Both the position numbers and the translations under genes were made by a program. The notes under the pieces were generated by a model. That model was not told where the DNA came from. It made no database searches and was given only the letters and a program-made list of their open reading frames with translations. This document shows positions 1 through 13,969 of a DNA stretch of 64,000 nucleotides, piece after piece. The stretch is from Azolla caroliniana (Eukaryota; Plantae; Polypodiophyta), in assembly GCA_043228905.1 (NCBI GenBank), contig JBHGNT010000009.1, forward strand, positions 14,074,001 to 14,138,000, read 5' to 3'. The stretch's first letter is position 1, and each line of letters starts with the position of its first letter.

Positions 1-2190
1 TATTGGGCTGAGGCGATGTACACAACTGTTTATCTGATCAATAGGTCTCCCTCAGTGCCATTAACAGGTGATGTCCCACAGAGGGTGTGGACAGGGAAGG
101 ATGTCTCCTACCAACACCTGAGGTTGTTTGGATGTTTGGCATATATCCATTTACCAAAGGATCAGAGGTCAAAGCTTGACAACAAGTCGAAAGCATGCAT
201 ATTCATGGGATACTCGTAAGATGAATTCGGCTACAGGTTGTGGGACGTAGTCGACAAGAAGGTAGTGAGAAGTTGGAACGTCTTCTTTCTTGAAGATAAG
301 ACAATTGAAGACTGGAAGCAACAAACGTCGGAACCGACTCCCTAGTCAACCTCGACTACTATCGACTTAAGGCCAAATGTGTCATCACCGGCAGTTGTAA
401 GGAGACAACTGGCCGACAGAGCCAAATCCGAGTCGGTCGATTCGGAAAGACCAACAAACTATGAGTCAGAGTCGGCAAACCTGCTAAAATCAATTGAGGA
501 ATATGAGTTGGAGTTATCCAACCTGGAGATGTCGATTGATGAGCAGAATCCCGAGCAAAGAGAAGAGTTGGCAGAGACATTCGGAAAAGAGCCAACAACG
601 AGTGGACGAAGGTACCCACTCAGAGAAAGGAAGGCACCAATTACATATGCTAGTCAAAACATCCTCTTGACTGATGACCGTGAACTGGAGTGCTATGAAG
701 AAGCCACTACTGACGAGAGCAGAGAAAAGTGGTTGAACGTGATGCAAGAGGAGATGGAATCCTTGCACGCGAATTACACCTATGACCTAGTAGAGCTGCC
801 AAAAGGTAAGAGAGCACTCAAGAATAAATGGGTCTACAAGGTGAAGACTGGAGAAGTCGACAGCGAGCCCAGGTATAAAGCCCGCATAGTGGTGAAGGGT
901 TTCCAACAGAGGAAGGGCGTCGACTTTGACGAAATATTCGTACCAGTCGTGAAGATGACATCCATACGAATTAGTCTGAGCATACTGGCCAACATGGACC
1001 TGGAGATCGAACAGTTGGATGTCAAAACCGCATTTCTGCACAGGGACCTAGAAGAAGAAATCTACATGCAGCAACCCGAAGGCTTTGAGGAGAAAGGGAA
1101 AGAGAATCTGGTGTGTCGGCTGAGGAAAACCTTGTACGGACTGAAACAAGCTCCACGCCAATGGTACAAGAAATTCGACTCCTTCATGATGGAACATTTG
1201 TTCCAGAAAACACAGGCCGATCACTTTGTGTTCGTCAAAAGGTACGGGGAAGGAGATTTCTTTATTCTCTTGCTAATGTTGATGATATGTTCATAGTCGG
1301 TCAAGATGCAAGGAAGATTGGAAGCTTGAAGAAAGCTCTCGGAAAGTCATTTGCCATGAAAGACCTTGGACCGGCAAAGCAAATCCTAGAAATGCATATA
1401 ACCCGAGACAGAGCTCGGAAGGTGCTATGCTTGTCACAACAGAAGTATGTGACGAAGATCCTAGAGAGGTTCAACATGTCGAATGCAAAGCCGGTCGGCT
1501 CCGTGTTGCCGACAAATTGCAAATTGAATGCGAAGCAGTGTGCGAGAGGGCAGAAGGAAAAGGTTGCGATGAGGGTACCATATGCCTCAACAGTCGGAAA
1601 TCTAATGTATGTTATGGTCTGTACGAGACCGGACATAGCATTTGTTGTAGGAGCACTAAGCCGATATATGAGTAATCCAGGGAGAGAACACTGGGTAGTG
1701 GTGAAGTGGATACTAAGGTACTTGAAAGGCACCTCGGAGGTGTGCCTAAGGTATGGTGTCGAAAAACCTATGTTGGAAGGTTTTACCGATTCGGACATGT
1801 CAGGAGATTCCGACTCGAGCTAATCCATGTCAGGATACGTGATGACCTACGAAGGGGGAGCAGTGTCATGGCAGTCACGACTGCAGAAGTCTGTAGCCTT
1901 GTCGACTACAAAGGCAGAGTATATGGCAGCGGTAGAGGCCGGAAAAGAGCTGATCTAGATGAGAAATTTTCTCACCAAATTAGGCATAAAGCAAAAGGAG
2001 TTCTTGCTTCACTGTGACAACCAAAGCACCATACACCTAGCTAAGAACGCGACATACCACTCCCGGACCAAGCACATATAGAGAAGGTATCACTGGTTGC
2101 GGGAGAGAGTCGAAGATGGAGATTTTGCTCTTGTAAAGATCCATACTGACGACAATGGATCTGACATGCTGACGAAGAACCTACCTATGC
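1..2190 (+). mobile_element. Ty1/copia (Tnt1/Tork-like) pol fragment: integrase C-terminus, RT, RNase H; degenerate; same family as 9433-13957
   Basis: ORFs 16-219, 379-1296 and 1113-1823 carry copia motifs (YLINRSPS, RYKARIVVKGFQQ, QLDVKTAFLH, LYGLKQAPRQWY, CTRPDIAF). Stops and frameshifts present. Breaks off at about 2190 before any PPT or LTR. Confidence 0.93.
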
Positions 2191-5169
2191 AGAACCTCAT
2201 GACTCCATTCCGATTTCTGAAGAAGAAATCAGCGAGGCAGAAATGCCTCGGCATGATGAGGACGTCGGAGCTCTAAGAGAGAGTCTGATCTCATTTTAGC
2301 TAAGTGGGCCAAATGAGGGGTTGGGCCGAGATGGCCAACTAGCTGATGAGACGGTGAGTAGTGGAGACTCGGTTGTGCATTCCCCGTGTAAGAAGCCGAG
2401 GAAAAAGGCAAGAAGAAAATGCCGGAATACGACTTCGGCAGCGCCAAGTCAGATTGGAGTGAGTCTGACTATGGGTGAACTGAAAAAGAACCTCCACACA
2501 AGAGGTCGACAGTATCCGAGAAGGTCGTGAAATCGGGTAATCATGATTTACGCTAATCTACCCGCCAAAAGAACCCCGTAAAGAGATACGGGTATAATGA
2601 GTACATGGCGCACCATTATGCGTACATGATGCGAGTGGCAGAAGTGCGTGAGCCGAAGAGCTACGCAGAAACGGCGAAAGATGCGAACTGGCGTGCCGCA
2701 ATGGAGGAAGAGACGCGAGCATTATTGGAGAATGAAAGTTGGAACCTAGTTGACGCACCGAAGGGTGTGAAGCCAATTGGATGTAGGTGGGTGTACAAAG
2801 TCAAGTACAACACCGACGGCTCGGTCAACCGATACAAGGCCAGGTTGGTAGTGAAAGGCTACGTGCAGAAGTGCGGCGTGGACTATGATGAGACCTTCGT
2901 GCCTATCGCGAAGATGACTAATGTGCGAGTCCTGCAAGTCGTAGCAGCGGCAAAGGGGTGGCACTTACATCAAATGGATGTAAAGAACGCATTCCTGCAA
3001 GGTGATCTTGAGGAACAGGTGTACATGGTACAACCCCCCGGATTTCTATCCGAACAAAACACCTCGGCAATTTGCCAATTGAAGAAATCCCTATACGAAC
3101 TGAAGCAAGCCCCGCGAGCTTGGAACGCAAAGATTATGCAACAGTTGCATAAGATGGGGTTTGCACCGTCGAAATCGGACTCTTCTCTATTTGTTCGGCA
3201 AGGCCAACATGGACCAGGTAGCCTGCTCCTGTACATTGATGATTTGGTCATCGTTGGTGCCGACCTTGACGAAATCCGCCGCGTGAAGTCTCAGCTTGCG
3301 GCATTGTTTGAAATGAAGGATCTTGGAGACCTTCATTACTTCCTCGAGATCGAAGTGATCCGTACCCCCGAAGGCATATTGATCAGCCAACGTCATTACA
3401 CGTTGAATATGCTCTTCAAGTTCGAGATGGCAAACTGTAAGCCCATCTCGACCCCTCTGGATAGAAACGTGAAGCCTCGCCTAGATTCGGGCAAGGCGTG
3501 CGACCCCACACGGTTCCGACAGATTGTCGGGAGCCTTATATATTTGACGATTCTCGGCTGGATCTTAGCTACTCGGTCGGCTTAATTAGTCAATTCATGT
3601 CGCAGCCTACGGCCAAACATTTTCAGTGCGCACAACGGATATTGCGTTATATCAACGGCACAAAAGACATGACGTTGTTTTATGGGGCAGGCATAGCCGA
3701 ATAGTTAGTCGGCTACACGGATGCCGATTGGGCCGGAAACGCCCATGATCGTCGATCCACATCAGGATACGCCTTCTCGTTGGGAAGTGCAACGATCTCA
3801 TGGAGCAGGAAGAAGCAGCCAACAGTAGCACTTTTGAGCACGGAGGCCGAATATCGAGGGGCGAGCGTCGCTACGTGCGAAGTCATTTGGCTGAAACGGC
3901 TATTACGGGATCTGCAGGTAGAGGTGTCTGATCCGACGACGATCTTTTGTGACAACCTCAACAGTATCCACCTTGCGAAGAACCCCGTTTTCCACACCCG
4001 GACCAAGCACATTGAGGTGCATTACCATTTTGTCCGTGAGCGGGTCCTTTCAGGTGAGGTCGAACTAGTGCATGTTCCGACTGATCGGCAGGTTGCCGAC
4101 ATCTTCACCAAGCCTCTTGGTCTTGAAAAGCTACAACATTTCTCGGGTGAGCTAGGGTTGCATCACCTTGACATGCCGAACTTGAGGGGGAGAAAGGAAG
4201 ACGAACAAGAACAAGAGCATGAAAGGAGTGGAGGTGTTCATCACGGCGGAAGTGACCGTGATGAGGAATCGAATGAAGAATTTGATTTCGGACCGACTGA
4301 AGAAGCCGAAGAAGAAAGCAAGGGCCGCAATCGTAGGAAAGAGCCGAGGACAGCCAAATCAGGGGGAGATACAACCAAGAAGGGCGTAAAGAACAAGACC
4401 AAGACGTGGTCTCATGTAGTCAAAGGAGACGAATTGGAGACAACCAGTTCGGATGAGAGTGGAATTGAATCGGAAGCGTTCGATTCAATCGGAATGTTCA
4501 ATTCAGATACGCCGAATCAACTGAAGGCCATGCGGAGAAAAGGGCAGCGAAGGACGCGTCGACACCACGACAACAAGGGAGCTGAGAAGGGCCGACAAGC
4601 AGACAAGCCGACCGAAAGGGTCGAAGCGCGCAGAATCGAACAAGTCGAGGAGCGGGAGTGAGGCGTGAAGCCAAAAGGAACCGGAGCGTAGATCCGGCGG
4701 AGCAAGTGGAACCTCAAGTTGAGCTTGAGGGGGAGTGTTGAGAGGAAAGCTCAACATTCGGTGCGTAATCCGGTGCGTAATCCAATGCGTAAACTGGGTG
4801 CGTAAAACCGTGCGCACAATAGGCCGTAGCGGTGCGTAAACCGTGAGGTTGTGAGGCCGTGAGGAAGATATTCCTCGTAAGGGAATAATTTTGGGAGTTT
4901 GTGTAGTCGGCTCATTTATGAGCGTCAAGTACTGTCAGTACTTGTGTCAGCCCGATTGTCAGGGCTTGTATATAAGGTGCTCACTGAGCACGAAGTATGT
5001 ACACATAACAAAGTGTCATTTTTGAATCTGAGTTTTCTGTTGTCTGCTCTCGCTCTCTCCATCTCCATCTCCATCTCTGCATTTCTGTGTTTTACCGAAT
5101 TGTCTTATTCCTCCAAACTGTGTGCTCTGTGTTTTACGCACACGCTTTCGCACAACGTATTCTTTTACA
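2191..5169 (+). mobile_element. Ty1/copia family B, 3' half: RT, RNase H with charged C-terminal tail, PPT and 3' LTR
   Basis: ORFs 2605-3585 (RT) and 3780-4661 (RNase [17 protein letters not shown]). PPT ttgagggggag ends at 4735. Homologous to the element at 22867-28549. Confidence 0.92.
4736..5169 (+). repeat. 3' LTR of copia family B element
   Basis: Starts TGTTGAGAG directly after the PPT and ends ...TTTACA. Contains short tandem ggtgcgtaa repeats and a TATA-like tatataa. Confidence 0.8.
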
Positions 5170-5429
5170 ATCCTCAATAGTCATTCCCTGAGTTGAGATT
5201 TGGGAACTTAGGCTTTCATACTCGTTGAGGTGTGCCTAGACCGAATCGGATTCTTTCATCCAAAGGTTGTAAAGGTTCCAATCAGATATATCTTTGTGGT
5301 GGCTACCTTCTTCTCATAAGTGTCTGAGAGTGTCCATCACTTCCCAGAGATACACCTTCCCCTTCATACCAACCCGATCAACTTGAAGAGCTTTGTGAGG
5401 TCTCATCCTCATCATCACTAGCAACCAAT

Positions 5430-6143
5430 GCATTGTCTTCATCCAACCCTTGTTCGTCTCTATGTTGCGTCAACAAGCACATCTGGGATCTTCTCTTTTA
5501 TTATCTTGATTGTAGTCTATCTTAGATGGCATGTTTTGGTCAAGGAGAAGTCATACACGAGTATGTCGACATTATCAAGTGCTAGAGTAGACATGCTAGG
5601 TAGATTCTTTCTTCTCTGCTTTCTACTTGTGCCTTTGACATCCTTAACCATCTCTAAAGAGTACTTCCCAATAAATGCATCTTTGGAAGAGGTATGATAC
5701 CAATGAACCACTATAGATTTTACTTGATTGCCTTCATCACCCTTAATAATTTCAATGATTTTGGCAATCCATAAGGGATGGCCCAATTTATCACCCCCAG
5801 CTAATGTTGCAACGAACATACCAACTTGTGGCTCATGTAGCTTGCCTTGCCACCTCACCTCTGCAACATGCGATAATCTTGGTCCCACGTAAATATCTCT
5901 TTGTCGTGGACGAACTAGATTATTTAATTCAAGATTATCTAGTGGTTGTAAAGGAGTCGTGTTGATGGGCCACCAAGCGCCCATTCCAATTGATTTTGTA
6001 GTGGCCAGTACCCTGTAAAGTGGTTATCTAATATTGTATGTTGATGATTAAAGAAGACATCCCACCAATCCACATCCTGATCACCAACGTACTTTTGGTT
6101 CACTTGATATTTTTCTATATTTCCTCTAGGCACCGCATCCAAT
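5430..6143 (-). pseudogene. C-terminal part of the same transposase, including a BAH-like beta-barrel
   Basis: ORFs 5939-6142 and 5517-5984 continue the 17542+ segment across the CCAAT TSD. Sequence VGMFVATL...HPLWIAKIIEI...IVVHWY resembles a BAH domain. Confidence 0.6.
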
Positions 6144-6657
6144 TGTCAAGACAAAGAGAGAGGTAGAGAGAGAGAGAGAGAGTATTGTCAAGACAAAGAG
6201 AGAGGGAGAGAGTATTGTAAAGATAATATACTACACTATAAGATGGATTACAATTAGTAAACAACAAGGGAGCTCTAGAATGATGTTGAACCAAATTGGT
6301 TCATCCCTGATTATTAGGTGCATATTTATAAGTCCTAATAGGGTAATCTAGAAAGTCCTAGAATAAAGAGTATGCTAGAATATTCTAGAACATTCTAGAC
6401 CATAAAGCACTCTAGAATATTCTAGAACATTCTAGAACATAGAGTACTCTAGAATATTTTATAATATTCTATATAGTTTATCAATTCTTTATACATATAA
6501 ATATATCATTACAATGGCTAAGAATTTGACACGTATATAACAAGGTTTTGGGTTTGAATCCTTGTAAACCCTATACATTTAAATATATCATTACAATGGC
6601 TAAGAATTCGACACGAATCCTTGTAAACCCAAATCATATGTGAGTGTCATCATTACA
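6144..6657 (-). repeat. 3' LTR of gypsy A
   Basis: Matches 17093-17541. Has TTCTAGAA tandem motifs and a ~42-bp duplication at its left end. Confidence 0.88.
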
Positions 6658-9432
6658 TTATCCCCCTTCTTCGACGAAACGTATCACGGGTCACATGGGT
6701 TGTACTAGGACCTAGCTTACGAGGATATTGTCGATGAAATTCGGTGACCATATAAGCAACGTTGACAAGATTTGATGTAGGTTCCCAAGTTCGATCATTG
6801 GGTGTATAGCCTTACCAATCGACCAAGTAATACAACTTGTTGCACACGATCTTGGAATCGAGAATGACAGCAACCTCAAATTCCGGTCCTTCCAAAATCA
6901 CCAAAATTGTAAGACGACCCCGAATTGAACTTGTGGTGTAAGGTTCGAGAAGGGAGACATTAAACACCGGGTGAAGATGCATGTGAAGAGGGAGGCCAAG
7001 ACGAAATGCAACACCATTTATCTAACTAGTGTTCTCATACGGGCCAAAGCGTTGGTAATCTAATTTACTGCAAGGCCTAGTGGTTTGGATGTTGTGTTGT
7101 AGAAGCCAAACACAATCCCCGACATTAAACTTTTTTGAGGAGTCTAAATGATGACGGTCCGCAATCCTCTTGTATGTACTTTGAGCATCACACAAATTGT
7201 GGAGAATGGTAGCGTGAATGTTTTGGAGGCGACTAAGATAATCCGTAGCAACAAGGTTGATTTCAGTCATCATCCAACGACGATGAGAACCCATATTTGC
7301 GAGAAATGGAGAATATCCTGTAGAAGAATGGACCGAGTTGTTATAAACGAATTAGGCCAAGTGCAGAAAATCAACCCAATCATCTTGTTGATAGTTGATG
7401 AAACAACAAAGATATTGCTCCAAAGTCTGGTTGGTACACTTGGTTTGGCCATTAGTCTCTGGATGGTAGCCCGAAAAAGCTTAGCCAAAACTTGGAGAAG
7501 TTTTAACGTGTGATTCAAGAACTTTGAGATGAATTGTGGACCTCAATCACTAATAATATCGTTTGGAAGACCATAACACTTGAATACCTCCCCCATAACT
7601 AGATCTATTGTCTCTTGACTAGTAATAGACTTTGTACATGGCAAGAAATGTGTCATCTTGGTAAGTCAATCGACCATGGTCAGAATAGTATGGAAACCCC
7701 TTGAAACTGGGAGATCGGTAATGAAATCCAAGATTGGTTCTTCTAGACGAAGTTCCATATAAGAGCATCGAGAAAGAGCATCCGCTTTTCCTTGCTACAT
7801 CCCTGGGCGATATATGATTACAGAGTCGAAGTGAGTCAAAATTTGCGTCGCTGACTTAAGACTCAAGCATTTTGGAAATATGTCAAGTTCTTGTGATCAT
7901 TGTAGACAATGATCTGTTGAGAAGAACCTTCTAGAAAATGTCGCCATTGTTGAAAAGAATCCACAATTGCCCAAAGATCTTTGTCATGGATCTCATAGTT
8001 AATCTCTACAGCTTCAAATTTTCGAGAATGAAAAGCAATAGGATGTAGTTGCCCGTCATCTCCAGTCTGCGATAGAACACTTCCTAATGCAAAGTCAGAC
8101 GCATTAGCTTCAAGGATGAAGCGTTTTTGGGATCAACATGTGCCAAAATAGGCGCTAATGTAAATGCTCGTTTTAAACTTTCGAATGCCTCGTCGGTTGC
8201 CTCTGAACTCCATATGAATGGTTGATTTTTATGTGTGAGTCGGGTGACTGGAAGCACGAACTGGGAATAATTTTTAATGAATTTCCGATAAAAATTTGCA
8301 AACCCAAGAAAACATCGTACATCTCGGACAAAAAGGGGCATTTGCCAATCTAAAATTGTTTGAACCTTCATTGGGTCCATAAAGATACCAGGTGATGATA
8401 CAACATACCCCAAAAACTCCACTTGATTCTGGTTGAAATTGCACTTTTCTAATTTTGTGTAGAGACCATTTTCTCGTAATCGACGTAATACTTGACGAAC
8501 TTGTTTATCATGCTCCTCTTCAATCTTTGAGTAGATCAAAATGTCGTCCATGTAAACTATAATGAAGATATCAAGAAAATCTTGAAAAATATCATTCACC
8601 ATATGCTAGAAAACTACAGGTGCATTTGTGAGACCGAATGGCATCACAATATACGAATCCAAACTAGATTATATGCACCGTGAAGGTCCAATTTTGTGAA
8701 ATATTTTGCTCCATTGAGATGTTCCAAAAGGTTCGAGATCAATGGTAGAGCATATCTATTCTGGATAGTCACTTTGTTCAGCCCTCGATAATCCACGACC
8801 AACCAAAGAGACCCGTTTTTCTTCTTAACAAAGAAGATAGGTGCACCAGCAGGGGATCTAAAATGCCGGATGAATCCGTTTCCCAGGTTCTCATCGATAT
8901 ATTCCCGCAAAGTCTCTAGCTCTACAGGTGAGAGATTATAAATTGGCCCCCATGGCAGTTCTTTCCTTGGTTGTAAGTCAATAGGGCAGTCGTATGGCCT
9001 ATGATCTAGTAGTGTATTTGCCTTAATTATCAAAGACGTCTAAGAACTCTTTGTAGTTTTTTGGTAATTGGACGTCCAGCTCCACTAAGATGGATGATGG
9101 GCTTGATGGAGTTGCTACAATCGCAAATACAAACATGTCCTCGTTCCCCCCTTCCTCACATAATTGATGGAGAGAGATGGTTGATAACGTATGGGATCCC
9201 GTATCAAATATCGAAGTGTTGAGGGATGCGAGTGTAGTTCTTTTCTCTTGGGACTCCTCAATTGTTCTTTTCATCCAATCAATCTTCAGGTTATGTATTT
9301 CAAGCCAAGGGAGACCTAGAACTAATGGGTGTTTTAGACTTCGAATAATGTTGACAGAGATTATGCTTGCAAAATCACCAAAAACTATACAAATTGGCTC
9401 GGACTCTTCGACTATATTACGTGATGCTATGG

Positions 9433-9725
9433 TGTTAGGAATATGTCCCTCCAGTGGGAGGAGCCGACTGATCGGATGAGAGCAGACGGTTGAGGAGTTG
9501 ACTCAGAGAGAGTTGATTGAGGTTGAAGACACGACCGGCTAGTCAGACCGACCGGATGGTCGATGACCAGGCCGACTACTCGGACCGACCCGACAGTCAA
9601 CGAATGAGTCGGCTGATTAGTAAGACTACTATTATTATTATTGGATAATAATAATGGCCATGATTGTAAATAGCCCATTCTATGTATTAGTATAAATACA
9701 CCTAGGGCAAACAGAACATTTACAG

Positions 9726-9758
<33 letters not shown>

Positions 9759-12700
9759 CCTCTTTTGTGCAGCGTGAGAGAGAAGAGAAAAGAGGGTGAG
9801 GGAGCATGAATGAGTTAGCAGTGCCATAGTTGTGATCAGAACAGCATACGCCAAGAGTCCTTCGAGGTTGTTTACACCCTGTGTAGAGAGTGTTGTACTC
9901 TGATGTCGTTGTTGTATATCCATTGTATAGTAAAGCTCTGTTCTCCATGGTTTTCACCCGCTTTAGGGTTTCCACGTTAAATCTATGTACATTTTTTTCT
10001 GTGCTTCAAAGTTGTGTATTTCAGCATATTCCTTTTCTAGTGGATTGACGATTTCTTTCTCAACAAAGTGGTATTAGAGCTTGAGGTGCAAGCATGGAAG
10101 GAGGTGTGAGTGGCTTCCCACAAATGATAGTTATAAATTCTCAGAACTATGCAGATTGGAACATAAAAATGGAGGACCTTCTCATAGTCAAAGACCTGTA
10201 AGAGCCGATTGACAGAGCAGAAATAGCCACGGGGGTATTAGAGTCGGAATGGAAACTTCTTAACAGAAAGGCGGTGGCCACCATCCGATAGTGCGTCGAT
10301 GTAAGTGTCCTTCAGCATGTGGCGAACGACACAAATGCCCACAAGATGTGGCAGAAGTTGTCAAGTCTATATGAGAGGAAGAACGCCCTCAATAAAACCT
10401 CACTAATTAGAAATATCGTACGGTTGAAATACAGAGACAGTGAGACCATCATCGAACACATCAACACATTCATGGGGTATGTAAATCAACTTGTTGCAAC
10501 CAAGTTACCCCTTGATGATGCTATGCAGGCCATCCTACTAATGTCCACATTGTCGGATAACTAGGTGAACCTCGTGGTTACTCTCAGCACCTCTTGTCAA
10601 GAAGAGAACTTGTCTTTACAAGCGGTGAAGACAAGCATCTTGAATGAGGAAGTGAGAAGTAAAGACAAGGGTGTCCTAGTCCAATCGGAGTCAAATTTGA
10701 CTCAACACATCGGTAGAGGAAGGAACCGGCAAAGAAATCCACCAAGGAGAGAAAAGTCTAAAGTCAGGTCGAAGTCCAGAGGAAAGCTCGTGTGCTTTTA
10801 TTGTTGAAAGCCTGGACATTTCCATAAGGACTGTCGACACCTTAAAAGGGGAAAGAGTGTCGGTAATAATGTCGAACCTAGGAAGATTCTTAAAGAAAAG
10901 TACACTTCAGCCATTGCTAGGAGCAATGAAGAACTTTTGTTCATTTGTGAATAGACAAGTGCAAATCTTGCAAGCGAAGAATGCAATTGGGTGATTTACT
11001 CCGGTGCATCCTTCCAAATAACTCCAGCGAGAGAGTATTTCTCGACTTACATAGCCTGTGATCATGGTTATGTAAAGATGGGTGACAGTGGGGAGTGCAA
11101 AATAGTTGTGGGCTTTCTCGGAAGTTGTGGGCTTTCGTACTAAAGTCAAAAGATCAAGTACTGTCATTTTTCAAGGAGTTCCAGGCAAGAGCTGAACGGG
11201 AGTCAAGTCGGAAGTTGAAGGCTGTCCGAAATGACAATGGTGGCGAATATAAAGGGAAGTTCAAGGAATACTGCAAGGCCCAATGTATTTGAATCAAATA
11301 CATAGTACCGAAGACCCCTGAGTTGAACGGGCTTGTAGAGAGGATGAACCAAACAATCATGGAGAGAGTAAGGAGCATGTTGTCGCATGCTAAACTACCG
11401 AAAATATACTGGGTTGTGGCGATGTACACGGTTGTTTATTTGATCAATAGGCCCCCCTCAGTACCATTGAAAGATGATGTCCCACAAAGGGTGTGGACAG
11501 GAAAGGATGTATCCTACCGACACCTGAGGGTGTTCGGATGCCTAGGGTACATGCATGTAGCTAAGGATCAGAGGCCAAAGCTCGACAGTAAGTCGAAACC
11601 ATGCATATTCATGGGATACTCAGAAGATGAGTTTGGCTATAGGCTATGGGACCTAGTTGACAAGAAGGTAGTGAGGAGTCGAGACGTAGTCTTCTTCGAA
11701 GACAAGACCATAGAGGGCTGGAAGCAACAAAAGTCGGAATCGACTAACTAGTCAACCCCCACTACTAGCAACTTGAGGCCACGTGAACTGACACAATCAA
11801 TTTTTCGGAGACAGCCAATCGGCACAGCCAAATCTGAGTCGGTTGGCTCGGAGAGACCGACCGACTATGAGTCTGAGTCGGCAAAGCTGTTAAGATCGAT
11901 CGAGGAATACGAGTTGGAATTGTCCAACCTTGAGAATCTGATCAAGATACATGAACCTAAACCAAGAGTAGGGTCGACAAAAACATCTGAACTGAAGCCA
12001 ACAATGAGTGGAAGGAGATACCCACTCAGAGAAAAGAGAGCACCGACAACATATGCTAGTCAATACATCCTTGTAACTAATGAGGGTGAGCTAGGGTGCT
12101 ATGATGAAGCCATCACCGACAAGCACAGAGACAAATGGTTGAGCGCAATGCAAGATGAGATGGATTCTTTGCACGAGAATTATACCTATGACCTTAGTAA
12201 AGCTGATGAAAGGTAAGAGAGCACTCAGGAACAAATGGGTCTACAAGGTGAAGATTGGAGAAGTCGACAACGTGTCTAGGTATAAAGCCCGCATTGTGGT
12301 GAAGGGGTTCCAACAGAAAAAGGGTGTCGACTTCGATGAAATATCCGCACCAGTTGGGAAGATGACATCCATTAGAACTGTTCTGAGCATAGTTGCTAGT
12401 ATGGATCTGGAGATCGAACAGTTGGATGTCAAGACAACATTCTTGCACAGGGAGCTGGATGAAGAGATTTACATGCAGCAGCCCGAAGGTTTTGAGGAGA
12501 AAGGGAAAGAGAACCTGGTGTGTCGACTGAAGAAAAGCTTGTATAGGTTGAAACAATCTCCACGCCAATGGTACAAGAAGTTTGAGTCCTTCATGGTAGA
12601 ACATAGGTTCCAAAAAACACAGGCTGATCACTGTGTGTTCGTCAAACGGTACGATGACAGTGACTTCTTGATTCTATTGTTATATGTAGATGACATGTTG

Positions 12701-13957
12701 ATAGTCGGTCAAGATACAAGGAAGATCAGAAGCTTGAAGAAAGCTCTAGCCAAATCATTTGCAATGAAATATCTTGGACCGTCTAAACATATCTAAGGGA
12801 TGCACATAGTTCGAGATAGAACTAAGAAAGTGTTGTGGTTGTCACAAGAGAAATACGTGACTAAGATCCGAGAAAGATTCAACATGTTGGAAGCAAAGCC
12901 AGTCAGCTCTATGTTACCGACTAGCTGCAAGTATGGTGTGTGTCTTAAGTATGGTGTCAGAAAACCCACATGTCCGGGGATGTTGACTCAAGTCGATCCA
13001 CGTCAGGGTATGTGATGACCTATGCAGGGGGAGGAGTGTCATGGCAGTCACGACTGCAGAAGTCTGTGGCCTTCTTGACCATAGAGGCAGAGTACATGGC
13101 AATGGTAGAGACCGGCAAGCAACTGATTTGGATGAGAAACTTTCTCGACGAGTTGGGGATGAAGCAAAAGGATTTCTTGCTTCACTGTGACAGCCAGAGT
13201 GCCATACATCTAGCCAAGAATACTGCATACCACTCCCAGACCAAGCACATACAAAGAACGTATCATTAGCTACGGGAGAAAGTCTAAGAAGGAGAGTTTA
13301 CCCTCATGAAGATCCATACTGACGACAATGGATCTGACAGGAGTGAAGGGGGAGTTTGTTAGGAATATGTCCCTACAATGGGAGGAGCCGACTGATCGGA
13401 TGAGAGTCGACGGTGGAGGAGTTGACTCAGAGAGAGTTGATCGAGGTTGAATACACGATCGGATGGTTGATGACCAAGCCGACTAGTTGGACCGACCCGA
13501 CAGTCGACGAATGAGTTGGCTAATTAGTAAGACTATTATTATTATTATTATTGGATAATAATAATGACCATGATTGTAAATAGCCCATTCTATGTATTAG
13601 TATAAATACACCTAGGGCAAACAGAACATGTACAGGCGTATGTGTTAGCCTCTATTGTCCAGCGTGAGAGAGAAGACAAAAGAGGGTAAGGGAGCATGAG
13701 TGAGTTAGCAGCGCCATAGCTGTGATCAAAACAACATACGCCAAGAGTCCTTCGAGGCTGTTTACACTTTGTATGGAGAGAGTGTTGTACTTTGATCTCA
13801 TTGTTGTATATCCACTATATAGTGAAGCTCCGTTCTCCATGGTTTTCACCTGCTTTAGGGTTTCCATGTTAAATCTGTGTACACTGTTTTCTGTTATTCT
13901 AAGTTGTGTATTTCAGCATACTCCTTTTCTAGTGGATTGACGATTCCTTTCTCAACA
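9433..13957 (+). mobile_element. Ty1/copia (Tnt1/Tork-like), both LTRs present, internally deleted, inserted in the gypsy A protease
   Basis: TSD TATGG at 9428-9432 and 13958-13962. LTRs 9433-10065 and 13357-13957. tRNA-Met PBS tggtattagagc at 10069-10080. PPT gaagggggag. Gag zinc knuckle, integrase, RT (LYVDDML) and RNase H present. Deletions near 11105, 12925 and 13338. Confidence 0.95.
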
Positions 13958-13969
13958 TATGGGATGACC

